Origin: Macrostomum lignano
Taxonomy: Eukaryota
Direction: 5' to 3'
Length of the DNA: 61,752 bases
NCBI GenBank assembly: GCA_002269645.1
Contig: NIVC01004074.1
Coordinates: forward strand, 1-61,752
The position numbers and the translations under genes were made by a program. Below the pieces are notes generated by a model. It saw only the letters and a list, made by a program, of their open reading frames with translations, had not been told where the DNA came from and searched no databases. Every line of letters begins with the position of its first letter. The stretch's first letter is position 1. Positions 1-12,800 of the stretch are shown here, in pieces.

Positions 1-1315
1 ACCAGTTGCTTGAAATTGCTGAATCAGCTTACAATGTAATCTTGGCTTGGCCTTCCTTGTACTCGTCCTTCCCCGGTGATTAAACAGAGTTGAGTTGAAG
101 CGCTCACTACTAGTAGCATAGGCGCCTTCCACTTGCAACATGGCACAGGCTCATGCCTTAATGAGGCCTCCGCGCCCCACCCCAACCCCCCCCCCCTGAA
201 CCAGGCAGTTCATGGGGTCAGTCAGCGGTCGCAATCAACGAGCAATTTCGTCGCATTCATTCGGCATCCCCAGCAGCTGCCCAGCGGCTCTCCCCACCTA
301 ACCCGAAGAAGCAGCTGTCGAAAGGCTGCAAAGCAAACAGTGCGCGCTTGCCGACGGATGGTAGAAGAAATCCTGGCCAGCCTCCCCTAGCTTAGTAAGG
401 AGAGCTGCTGCAAAGTGTAAATTTGCCTCAAACCCCTTCCCGACCACCGAAGCGGGTGTCGAGCTTTACCAGCTTTGCGCAAAGACTGAGGGCCGGCGGA
501 CTTAGTTAAAACAAACTCTCTCTCTCTCTTGTCGAGTGCGTGCGAAAAATTAGCCGCCCACCCCCTGCTGCGCAAGCGATTTTAAAGCCCAATAATCCAA
601 GTCGCCGCGCGTGAGCCACCTGGTGCGCATTCCCCCTGTGCCTCATAGTTATGCCTATTATTTTATGGCCCGAGCCTGACTTTGTAGCGGCTTTTTTAGG
701 CTCATTATAAATTTCTTACCTACTTACGACTAGATGTGAGCGGGCGGTGGCCTTTGGTGGAAGGCTCCTTGACCCTGTGCAGGGTGTACACAAATACATT
801 TATACTGTGCCTTGGGTTGCCTCAGGGTGATTGCGCCAGCAAAACAGACCCGTTGTACAGCTACCAGAGTCTTCAGGTGCCCTGGTCTTTCGCTATTCTA
901 CATGTAGCTCTCTTTTCAAAATCCAGTCGCCAATAGTCATCAATAGGTGTTAATGTCCAGCTGAAGTTATTGTGTGTTCCAATTAGCCTCTGAAGCTAGA
1001 AATTCACTTGAATAGTCAAAAGCTCAGTGCAATGTGGGGACCAACTGTGTCAGGTTTTTACATTGAGAAGGCGCTGCCGGGACATGACAGAATGACGTAA
1101 ACTGATGGAACATTAGCAAAATATTTGCTTAGATGAAACACGGCAGCGGATTGGTCGATTAGCGAAAGCAACTGGAAGAGATTTTTGCAAGACAGCCGAT
1201 TCCAAGAATCACAAATGCAGGCCGTAGGCTCTATTTCGGCTTCATTCGATGCTTCATCTCTCGGCCATCGCGGGACGGGCGGCCCCGTCAGGACGGGGGC
1301 TGAAGTCATTCTTAC

Positions 1316-4300
1316 CTTGTACCGCCTGCCGCTCGGGTCCACGCAGTCCCGGCTGTCGCGACACACCGGACAGCAGTCGCCCTTCGGCTGGAAGTAATCC
1401 TTCTCGGCGCATTCCAGCACCGGACAGTTCTGGCGTCGGCACACAATGGTCCCGTGCTGCGGAGGGGACAGACAGGGATAGGAGGCAGCGCCGCGTCAGG
1501 TTGGGAAAACTATACGGTCTAAATGGATCCTTGAGTGGCCCTCGCGGTGGTGGAGGGGGCCCGCTAATGGCCGGCCCTTGCATCATCAACAACATCAGGG
1601 GGGGATAGCGGAGCGGGCGGAGACGGAATTCCAGACCAGATCGGAATCCCTTAAGTGGCTCCCCCATCTTTCCGCTTGTCCGGCCGCTGTGTCTCTCATG
1701 TTGGCAGCCGGCCACCGGGCCCGTGGACCCTCCTGCGGGTCCGGTGTTTACATTAGTAGCAGCATTTGCCACGCAGCCTCAAATCCCCCGCCGCCGCCGT
1801 CACCGGCCAGTGGTTAATTTTCGATGTAGCCGCATTTAGCTTATTTAGCTAAGGCTAAGAATAAAGCTATAATCAACAGTAAACTCTCGAATATTTTTCA
1901 GGCGTTCAAGAGTATGCTCCAATTTCTTGAATCGTAAAATAAAAGTAAATTCGAAAAAGAAAATTGCATCAGTTCAAGCCGTTACATTTTTAATGTTGCT
2001 GGTTTGACTGACCTTGAAACAACTAGTTTCGTAATTTTTGTTTAAAATTGTCGCTTGCTGCTCTTTTGTCTAGCTAGAGCACCTTCAATGGCTGAAGAGA
2101 AGCTGAAAGGGGCTGCACAAGGAGTGCTGAACAGGGAGTGCTGAACAGGGAGTGCTGAACAAGGAGTGCTGAACAGGGAGTGCTGCACAAGGAGTGCTGA
2201 ACAGGGAGTGCTGCACAAGGAGTGCTGAACAGGGAGTGCTGAACAGGGAGTGCTGAACAGGGAGTGCTGAACAGGGAGTGCTGAACAGGGAGTGCTGCAC
2301 AAGGAGTGCTGAACAGGGAGTGCTGCACAAGGAGTGCTGAACAGGGAGTGCTGAACAGGGAGTGCTGAACAGGGAGTGCTGAACAGGGAGTGCTGAACAG
2401 GGAGTGCTGCACAAGGAGTGCTGAACAGGGAGTGCTGCACAAGGAGTGCTGAACAGGGAGTGCTACACAAGGAGTGCTGAACAGGGAGTGCTGCACAAGG
2501 AGTGCTGAACAGAGAGTGCTGAACAGGGAGTGCTGAACAGAGAGTGCTGAACAGAGAGTGCTGACAGGAGTGCTGAACAGGGAGTGCTGACAGGGAGTGC
2601 TGAACAGAGAGTGCTGAACAGAGTGCTGAACAGGGAGTGCTGGACAGGGAGTGCTGAACAGGGAGTGCTGAACAGGAGTGCTGAACAGGGAGTGCTGAAC
2701 AGGAGTGCTGACAGGAGTGCTGAACAGAGAGTGCTGAACAGGGAGTGCTGAACAGAGAGTGCTGAACAGGGAGTGCTGAACAGGGAGTGCTGGACAGGGA
2801 GTGCTGAACAGGGAGTGCTGAACAGGGAGTGCTGAACAGGGAGTGCTGGACAGGAGTCGCTGTAAAGAGATTTGAGTGCTGTACGGGGGGTGCATGGCCT
2901 GTTAACTTGTGTGGGCGACTCGTAATAAAACGATTCGCGCGATGCCGTCTCAGCGAAGATTATTAAAGCATAGAAAATTTTTATATAGCAGCTTCTTGTC
3001 AGTATTGTGTGCTTTGAGAAGGCTAGGCCTCAGCTAAGCTACACATCACTGGAGCACACAATAAAAGGCTTTGTAGCAATAAATTTGCAGCATAAACCAG
3101 CATAAGCCTCAACAGTTTACAACCGCGCCGCCTTGCAAAAGAGAAAGCGAAAAAGCGCAGCAGCAGATGAAAGAGACTAAAAAGCGATTAAACAGACCCT
3201 CATTAAAACCAAAACATGGGAGGCTGTTGAAACTGGTGTGGACATATTCATATTAAACAGTCCTATCAACCACTTGAGCATTTTTGAGACAACAACCTGC
3301 CTGTCTATCCGGTGAAGAGGCTCTGAGAACGCGTCGCTAAGTCGCTTAGATTCTCGGGTCAATCTCAGGGGTCAAGAGATCCATTTTGACTCACCCGGCA
3401 CGAGCAGTCGGTGCATCGGTCAACACTCCAAGCCGTAGTGTTTGAGTAGGTTTGGCCCTGGAACAGGCACTGCTGCTCGGCGGGCTTCGCTCGAGCCTCG
3501 GCGCCTGAAACGGCTGAAAACGGACAGAATGGGACCGAAGTGGCCTCAGTTGGCAGTGATAGAAATAGCGATGGGTTAAAGTTATTAAAACCACTGGCAA
3601 GCGGTGGGGTTAAATCAACCGATTGTGCCAGGAAAGGGTCGAATATTTTGGGATAGGATTAGTCGGAGCGGGATTCGGCCATTTTCACCGATAATTTAGG
3701 TAGGACAAGGGCTAGGCCAACTCCATCCGGTCCTTCGGCCCCCATAACTTCACAATAGCAATCATTTATCTACGGAAACGAGTATGTAGCTTTTGAGCTA
3801 TTTTTACTTGAAGAAACATTTTGAACTTTCGACTCTTTAACGGTTTTTTCTCGTTCCTGCCATCCCGGACAACTTTGAACGCTTGTGGAATGGCTACCTG
3901 AAAAGTAATATTGAAAAAAACTTTTTCCTGATTCTAGTTTGCTATATGATCCAAACCTGATGCACACCTAACACCTGGTGGATTAATGATTAGTAGAACC
4001 TTCACCTGGCTCACTAGCTTGTTTTCTGTGAGTTCTCTAGGCAGTCCTAAGGGATTGCTAGACTGACGCATGGCCTTGGATACCTGTGGAGTATCAGGTG
4101 ATTCTGGCTACGGTTCCGAGGGATGGGGCTACCTACTGACCTATAACAGAGTATACGGCCAGTCCAGCGAGCAGTTCATGAACCTTTGCCTGTGCACTTG
4201 GGTTCGGGGCCCGCTTTAGCCGTGCCTCCCCGATGCATCCGCACTAAATCCGAGCAAAACTAAAGTTATCAACTGTACTACTCTCACCTGAGCACGCGAG

Positions 4301-6937
4301 ACAATGCCCGCTGTGGGTCTGCTCAGCTGGCGGACAGTTCACCAGCTGGCAGGCGTCCTTGAAGCAGCTCAGCATGCCGCCCTCGCAGCGACAGACAACC
4401 GACTGGTCTTCGAATGGCCGAACGTTCTGATCAGGACTGACCAGCATGTTCTTCACAGTGCAGCCGAAGCAGCTGAAACGGTTGATGATGGATCGGAGTC
4501 GCTTTCAAGAGCAGCTGCAAGCAACAGGAAATTCCTGCAAACTATTCGCTAATTCAAAATTCATTCCCTAGGACGAAGGCCCGGCCATTATTTTTGATGA
4601 TCTTAATAACAGCTCTGTCCCTCTCTCTGCCCCGGTCCCTTCCCGGCATCACAGGAGAAAATGCAAAATGCAAAGGTGTTGATAAAGCTCAGGTGGAGGC
4701 TTCAGCAGTTCCGCTTTAATCATCGGAGCTCCGAGGAAAAGCTCCCTTCCCGAGGAGATGAGGCCGGCAGGAAAGAAACGCGAGTATGTCGTAATTGACA
4801 GCCAGCCCATGCAGCGGGCTTGGGGGACTGCTGTATTCCTATTTCAAATCCCTTAAGACCTTCCGCCTGCTTCGTTAAAATATTTTAGCAAAAAAGCCTC
4901 TTGCATGGACTCAAAGAGGCCTCTGGATTTTACTGACTGGCCAACCGAAGCATTTATGTTTTAGATCAAAGGAATGCGCTCTTAGATTAAATATCTACGC
5001 ATTTAGACTAGAGATTTACACATTTAGACTAGAGATCTACGCATTTAGACAAGAGATCTACACATTTAGACTAGAGCTCTACGCATTTAGACTAGAGATC
5101 TACGCATTTAGACAAGAGATCTACACATTTAGACTAGAGCTCTACGCATTTAGACTAGAGATCTACGCATTTAGACTAGAGATCTACAAATTTAGACTAG
5201 AGATCTACGATTTAGACAAGAGATCTACACATTCACGCCCTAGAAATCTACACATTTAGACTAGAGATCTGCGCCTTTAGACTAGAGATATATGCATTTA
5301 GACTAGAAATCTACACATTAAGACTAGAAATCTAAGCATTCAGACTAGAGATCTACGCATTTAGACGAGAGACCTACACCCAGCAGAACTGCAGAAAGCG
5401 CCCTAATCAGACATCTGTGCATGAAGTAACTACTTATCAAATAAAACACCATAGCACCCATTCGCGCACCTGGGGCAGCACTGTCCAGGCCGACGGACCT
5501 GGTACTCCTCCACACAGGTGGGTGGCAGATTCGGGTCTGCTGGGTGATCAGCCCCGAGTGGCACCGGAAAACCTGGCATGGTTCGTCCGCGCTGTGCCAG
5601 GCCTGGCCGTGCGGCAAAGTGAGGAACCGGCCATTGCGCAGCTCCAGACGGCAGCTGCGGCAGCTTTCGCAGCAGCCGTTATTCTCGGTCACGTGACAGT
5701 CTGGCGGACCGGCTCGCACACTTGGCGAGTGCAGGTCAAACGGTCGTTCTGTATTGTTTAATTAGTAAAATTTGAGGTTGAAAATTTTGACTGTGTATCT
5801 TTGGGTTTTACGAGCTATATTCCTCATCCAGTAAACAGAATGTACTGTGAACATTCCAGAGCTTACTTCCTGAAAGCAATCATTCCCTGCCTGCTGACAT
5901 GCGAGCACACACACACACACTGACAGATACGTACGCAGACACACGCTCGCACAGGATGTACAGCGGCCCAGACTTTCTTATCGTCTATAATCGAATAGAC
6001 GATAGACGAGGATCGAATATTTTACAACTGTTCAATGGTGCCTTGGACAATGTCCCACAGTATACTACAAGTTTCAATGCAGAATTTCCGGCCCCATCAA
6101 CCAAAGAGAAACTTGCAATCCCGGGCAGAAAGCGCGGTTAGGATTGTATCCATAGCGAGCGAGGTGGCGTGTTGGGGTGCATCTGTGCCATGCTGAGGAG
6201 TTGAGGTAGCTAAGGCGGTTACCCGGTAACTGGTAGCTCTTCAACTTACAGAAACCCCCCTTGTGTTCTGAGGAGGTTTGCATTGAGGTTTCCCCCGCTT
6301 GCTTTTGCCTAAACACATTGGGGCGCGAACCCGGGGTAGCTCCCTTGTTGTTCTTCTTCGCGTGGCCAAAGCTCGCTACATTTGTTGCCTCTGTGCAAGT
6401 CTTGACTTAGCAGCGGCTTGCGGTCCCAGTGCGCACCTGCTAGGCCACGGGCAGAATTCGGGCTGCGCTGTCCGGGCCTTTTCTGAGTTCGAAGTTTGGC
6501 ACCTTCCCTTGTCCATCCCTTTCCTATCGGCTTTCTATTTTGTCATTCTCTGACTCTCTTTTGCCATCTACCCCGTCCTCTCTACAAGCGGAAGACCGCT
6601 CGCTCACATTGCAGAAGCATTTGTGACATGGCATGCTGTGCAGGCTGGCAACTCCTGGCGGCTGGCCTCCGTTGAACTGGCTGCAGCTCGTGCGGCGCAC
6701 CTCTGCGGGGCCGCGGTTGGTGGAAAACATCAATAAGGTTTATTAAGTTACTGCTTATCTGGTCTAAAGGTGAACATTGCTAAAACGTCACAAATGTAGG
6801 ATATTTCAGATTGTCCAAGTTTGAGCACAGAAATTCTATCGGCAATTCTTACCCAGAACCTCTCTCTGCTGCGCCTGGGTCGCCAGGCTGAGAAGGTAGG
6901 CGGCCAGCAGCGCGAGGCCAGCAGCGGCAAGTCTCAT
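1316..6937 (-). CDS. cv-2: Crossveinless-2/BMPER-like secreted VWC-repeat protein, 5' part. Exons 6853-6937, 6608-6702, 5470-5748, 4288-4472, 3395-3504, 1316-1456. Remaining exons not found, probably left of the window.
   Basis: GT-AG exons join in phase to give a signal peptide (MRLAAAGLALLAAYLLSLATQA) and tandem VWC domains (PCHKCFCN/NDRLTCTRQVC...GCCESC; RPGQCCPSCFGC; CLFQGQTY...CTDCSCR/HGTIVCRRQNC...GDCCPVC), a Cv-2-like spacing. Exon 5470-5748 needs two +1 C corrections to stay in frame. Confidence 0.8.
2112..2857. repeat. Minisatellite, 14-bp unit AGTGCTGAACAGGG, about 53 copies (cv-2 intron)
   Basis: Direct reading of the period. Confidence 0.95.
4993..5378. repeat. Minisatellite, 21-bp unit TTTAGACTAGAGATCTACGCA, about 18 copies (cv-2 intron)
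   Basis: Direct reading of the period. Confidence 0.95.
5926..5983 (-). mobile_element. Fragment of the same SINE family (central domain)
   Basis: GATACGTACGCAGACACACGCTCGCACAGGATGTACAGCGGCCC...TTATCGT aligns with 34733-34794. Confidence 0.6.
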
Positions 6938-9420
6938 ATTTAAAATTTCAAGGTTTGCTCCTGAATGCGCTGCTGTATGCTTGGCGGGCCAGCCGGCGCC
7001 GTGCTGAATAAATGAATAAATTCAACGTGGATGAGGCAAACGGACTGGGGAATCGAGTCAGCGAACTCGGCCAACTGATAGGAGCGGAGGCCGGGGTTGG
7101 CTGTGAGGAGGAGGAGAAAGAGGAATTGATGGGGGCCCAGCCAGCTTCTCTACCGGCCACTTGACTGCCAGGCCACCCAGTCCATTAGTTACGGTCGCCC
7201 ATACACCCCGCACCTGTGGAGTCTTCGCCGTCTGCCAGCCAATAGCAGCGCAGCTGGGGGGGGGGGCGGATGACAGGCAAACTGCAGAGCCGGAATTGTC
7301 TGCTAAAATGGTATTCGTCTGGCTCAGTGTGGGCTGCGCATCGTTTTAAATACGCACGGACTGTGCAATTGAGGGAGAGCTGAAGCTAGAGAGCTAGGAA
7401 AGGGCTAGAGGCAGGTAGGCAGGCAGATGTAAAGATGTTAAAATGCGATAAAAATCGAGTAGATGGCCTGCAAAGAGAGCAAGCGAAGAACAGCAGGCAT
7501 AGACAGAGCAGAAAAAAAGCAGAGAATTATTTTCAGTCGGCTCATTTTTATCAAGATCATTAAAATGTTGGTGGCGGCCGAGACCCATTATTGTATACAA
7601 TACCTGAGCCAACCTTGCAGGGTTGCACAGTGCTCACAATTGGTCTTGTAATCTCTTCTCCAGCTTACGTCATCCGTCGTTTGATGCTTGATAGACGCCC
7701 AATAGCTGGATCACGCAACTTTCGCAGATCGGTATCGCTGGCCCTCACATGCAATAAATTATTGTTAAGAGAGGCCTTGACATTGAGCCAACATTTGCCT
7801 GGTTCCATTGTCTTCTTGTTGTGTAAAATTTAGCCTTAATCGAGAGTAATTTTCAGCCTCCTTTTCAGAGGCACAGAATTTACTGTAAATTTGGTTTCAT
7901 CACAAAGCTGAGTAAAGTTTCCTTATTCGAGCTTTGAGCAATAGGCTATGAGCTAGCGTTTGTAGACAATTTTGAAAGGTGCATACATTGAAAGGTGGGA
8001 TGCAGAGAAGTATTTGATCCCATGACCGGTTTTCCATTTACAGGTGAAATTCGACAGAGCTGGTTGCGTCCTGAACCTGATAACCCGGCCACCGGTAAGC
8101 CGCCTGCTTGAGTGCAGTCTTTTCTGGAAAGCTTGTTAGGCTGCAGGGAGTTCTCGCCATAGCGTCATAACGCCGGGAGAGCGGACCCTATATATTGTAT
8201 ATATATCATACTTTACTTCTATTACACTGTACCACTGTATAAGCATGATAGAGTGTCACAACACCTCTGGAGCAACGCTAGTTCTGTGTCATCACGCCAG
8301 AACGAACAATTTCGTACCAGAGCGTCATTACGCCTGTCAGTAGCAGTACGAGCGTATCCCATTGGCAGAGCGTCACAACGCCTGCTGGTACAACCGTATA
8401 GTACTTGGGCTGGGCACCCGAACCGACCCTGGTTACTACATTAGACTAACAATTAAACTACTCCAATAAAATGAAGTTTTGGTCGTTTGGTCAACTTTTG
8501 CTCCACACCCACCCAAATTCCACTTGATAGCATGGGAATCAACCTTGTACAGAACAACTCATTTATCCTAGTTTTCGATTTAAAAGTCCAGACTGTGAGA
8601 GAACAATTACAGACAGTAATTAAAGACAGTAAAATCTCAAGTTTCTTTAGGATTTGCACTTGTATGATGATCTCGCTCTGCTACTGAGAGTAGTGCTAAA
8701 GGGAGAATTCCAAACGAACCGGACAAACGTAAGTCACAAATCCAGTTGCATCCAGATAAGCCAGTTCTTTACACAGCCAGTGATAAATTATGCTGTTCCT
8801 CCATAATCGTACTGAAACGGTCAGGTGTAACATTTTAATTAAATTTCTAGGACTCACGAGAGTAGCTTTGTTGGATGGGTCCCTTCTGGCATACGCTCGG
8901 AACATAATTAGCGATCCTTGTCAGAAAAAGACTAGACAGTATTTTTTCCACAGTGATTATTGAAAAAAGCAACAATTTTTTACTCGATATGTACATTCCA
9001 TGCCACGCCATTTAAGTACGAGTATTTAAAATCAGTACTTTGAAGCTTCGTTCCGTTCCAAAGAAAATTCCCATGCTTGTAATTCAGACAGAAAGTCATT
9101 CGGAAAATTTATCTAATTATTCAAAGCACTTCGCTTTGCATGCCAATCTGCTAATGGGCTGAGGGCCTCGAGTCAGCATTCATGTTTACGCCCTTAGCTA
9201 ATGACATTTTAATCTATCTAAAACTTCTGCGACTTAGCACCTCAGGTCTGTTAGCTTTGAGTTGGAGGATTTCTTCCGGTCCGTCTTTAACTCATTTCCA
9301 CTCGGACAAGTATCTTTTGTGAGCGCAGCGGGCGCTGATATGCATATTAAAGGATTTTGCATCGATGAGTCACTACTTTTGAAACTGTTTTAGCTCTAAT
9401 TAATGGCACATTCGAAAAGT

Positions 9421-9735
9421 ACACTGTAGCCTAGTGATTAGAGCGTCGGACTCACGACATGAAGGTCGGGGGTTCGATTACCGATCCCACTGGAACTATT
9501 TCTGTCCTTGAGCAAGACACTTAACTCTGCATTGCTTCAGTTCACCCTGCTGTAAAATGGGTGCCAGCATTAGCTGGGGTAATTGAGGGTGTGTGTGTGG
9601 CGACCCCTCAGTCCTTGGACTGAACAGCCGTACGCAGCCTTCAGATGCGCCGCGCAATAGCTGCGGCTGAGCTGTCAGTTGCACATCTGGCCATTAGGGC
9701 AGGTGTAATCATTTATTATCATTATTGTTATTACG
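9421..9735 (+). mobile_element. tRNA-derived SINE with CORE-like central domain and (TTA)n-like tail
   Basis: A box TAGCCTAGTGA, B box GGTTCGATTA, then TGTCCTTGAGCAAGACACTTAACTCTGCATTGCTTCAGTTCACCCTGCTGTAAAATGGG resembling the MIR/CORE domain; ends in TTTTATTATCATTATTGTTATTA. Confidence 0.75.
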
Positions 9736-9894
9736 CATTAAAAAATAATTGCATCAACGAGACGCCGCTCAAATACTTTCCATTGCAAAATAGCCTTGTT
9801 AGCTAACTCACAGAAGCTATTGTACTCATAGTTATCGTAGCTTTGCGTTTCTAAATAATTGTGGACTTAGTTTGAAAAACCCTTAGAAAGAAGC

Positions 9895-12800
9895 TTAAAC
9901 TTGGGTTCTGCTGAAGTTTCTGTTCTGCAACTGCTGCTCAGGCACTGGAGGCACAATAGACTGAGCTCCGGTCTCTGCTTCAGTTGGCCTGTGGCCTGGC
10001 TCAAGGTCAAACTCGAGGTCGAGGCCGGTGTTGACTCTGCCAGCGCTTTCGGTTGTCGTTCGGGTGGCTCCCTGCGACCGGGCGATCCGCGTAAAAGCGG
10101 ACAGTTGAAGCAGCAGCTCGGCCATCTCGCACAGGGTGAGCAGACTCATGCCCAGATAGAGGCCCAGTATGCCGCCAATGTCAGACAGCAGGTCGTAGAT
10201 CTCGTAGCCCCAGCTCTCCTCGGTACGCAGGCCAAGGCCCTGTGCGTCCCCAACTCGTATTCGCAGAGACATAAGGTTTTTAAGAGCTTCGCCGCTACCT
10301 ATCGTGTTGTAAGCGGAGTACAAGTTCCAGTTGGTGCGTTGAACGAACTCAGTGTTGACGCCACCACCGACGCCCGTTGATGAGTTGTTCAAATAGTAGA
10401 CATTCGACTGCAGCCAGCGCTGCACTAGCGGACGAAGGAATTCAACGCTTGCCACTGGCCAACTGTTGGACATGAAGTCGGCTGAATAGGCTCGGCTGAC
10501 GCAGCGGTTCAAACAGCTGGAGAGGCGGCTGTCATTGCTCGCCAGGATCCGAGCACGTCGCAGACAGGTCTCGTTATCAAGCAGGCGTTCCAGCACAGCC
10601 GGCAGCTGGCGGTAGACAGATGCATTCTCAGCGGAGGACGCGTTGCCCCAAACTGATTCGAATGCTGCAATTATCTACAATGTTATCAATGTTGATTGCA
10701 GTAAATTCAATATAAACTCTTTTGATGTCCTAGGAAGCGACTATTTGGAATACTTTAAAAGGCAACAATCATTGACTTCTAATGGCACGAATCTATAAAT
10801 AAATTAGGAAGAGCTACGAAGAAACGACAAAGCATCAATAATCCAGCAGATTGTAATTCACCCAGCGCATGTACCTCGTCGATGACTTTTCCCGGATTAG
10901 AGCTCACGATGCCGTCGATCAGTCGCGACAAATTCGCCCGTCGCGGCTTAAGTAGAAACTCGTCGCTAATTGGCAGACTGGGATCGATGAAGCCGCAGGT
11001 CTCTAGCAGCACCTGTTGGGCCACCCGGATGCGACAATCCAGTGGTTGACTTGAGAACTCCGCCAATGTGGGTTGTCCGTCCTGAATTATCATGTACTGC
11101 TCAGTGGTTCCGGCGTCTGCTTCAGAGAGGCAGGATTCTTTGCGACGGTTCTTCGCTGAGTACTCCTGGATAATTTTTCATTGAGCAATGCGTTTAGGAT
11201 GGTTTACAGAAACATATTTTGTCAATTTCCATATAGTGCGAAAAATCGCAGAAAAATCACATAAAACAAAGATAGAAAAAGAGTATCAACAGTCGAAAGA
11301 CCAGCGTTCACACTAACAATTAAGCTTTTGGTCAGCTCGTAAAAGCGTCATCAAGAGGCATGCTTTATGCCCCATGGATTACTGAATACCGGAAACTACG
11401 AAAGTTGGAGGCCGATCTATTAATAACTTAGTCCTCGAAGAGCATTGCTTGGATAGGTTAACGTTGTAAGTCAGTGAGTTTGTGTCTGTGGTAGTATTCG
11501 ATAGTTTTTCCATCCCTAGTATTCAGTAGTCCCTGAATGCCGTCATGAAGACTATTGTCTTAAGCTAAGCTGACGGAAGCCAAATGACAGACCTGATAGC
11601 GGACATCCACTACTGTCTCCTGATTGCAGGAAGCCTCGACTGACTGTCCGTTTGTCGGATAAGTACCGGGCTCGTGCACAAAGACCACCGCGCCGCCATT
11701 GGTCTGCATGTTGAAGATATCGCCAGGCAATTTGGCCAAAACGGCGGTGACCGCCGGCTCTTGAGAGGCCGCGTCGGCGAACAGCACCAAGTGCAGCTCG
11801 TTGAGATTGCTGACGTCGGTGCCGGGTCGTCGGCTGACGAACTTTGCCGTGCTGAAGCTCAGACAAGAAGCATATGCTGGCAGAGTCAGGTGCGTAAAGT
11901 CGCGATAGTCGCAGGCCAGACTGCCAAAGGAACAGCGAAGAAGCATCTGGCTGGCTTGGGGGGCGTACTGGGACACTCGCGACATGCCGTAGGTGTCCCG
12001 GATCACAAGGTCTGTGGGATGGTGGGGGGAAAACACTCTACTCTTGCAGTGCTTTTGTTGTTTTTTCCGCTCAGTTGGTGCTACGCAGTCGCGAGCAGTT
12101 TAATTAGTTAAATTGGCAAGTTGCACAGCCAGTGAGTAAGCATGCAGTCAGGAGGCCCATTGTCGATTGACCACGCGCGCGTGCAAGATTTCATTCCTGC
12201 ACACTTATGCGTGCAGGATGTTATTCGTGCGATTTATTCAAAAGTATACTATGGTGGAATGTAATGAACTTCTTCAGGCCGTCTCGCTTACTGTACATTT
12301 CACAGCCATCAATTATCGATCGTTAGACCCACCTAGACCCACCTCCCCCCAAGCCCTCGCTGCGTCTGCCATAAAATATTTTTTACCTTTGGCCTTAGCC
12401 GCGCCTCTCTGTCTGACACCCCCTTCCGTGCACAGCCAGCCCTAAAAATTAAGTTAATTTGTCTACCTGAGACCTTATCCGATCGACTGCTGCAGCTCTG
12501 GTCAGATTCATACCAGAGAGAGAGGGGGCCCTCTTACATAGTCAATCATTTTGATAAGCGCAGCATTTTGATAAAACTTCTTAATGTTAGTATGTGGGGG
12601 CTCTGTTTGTGTCTGTGGTAGTATTCGATAGTTTTTCCATCCCTAGTATTCAGTATACTGAACTCGTGCTTTTCTGCCATTGACGCACTCATCGGCGTGC
12701 AGGAATCATTCAATCCATCCAAAAGGAGCTAGAGTGATGTAGTGAGTCAAAATAAAACTCTCAGGTTTAACTATGGAAACTGTAAAACGAGCTTAGTTTT

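Noticed and set aside
1480-1810. GC-rich block in the cv-2 intron with several ORFs and a CC motif (GKCCY)
   Set aside because: The CC frame stops immediately, and the flanking exons already join in phase without it.
9421-9492. tRNA-like heads at 9421, 30209 and 34897-34968 as functional tRNA genes
   Set aside because: Acceptor and anticodon stems do not pair properly, and each continues into a SINE body.
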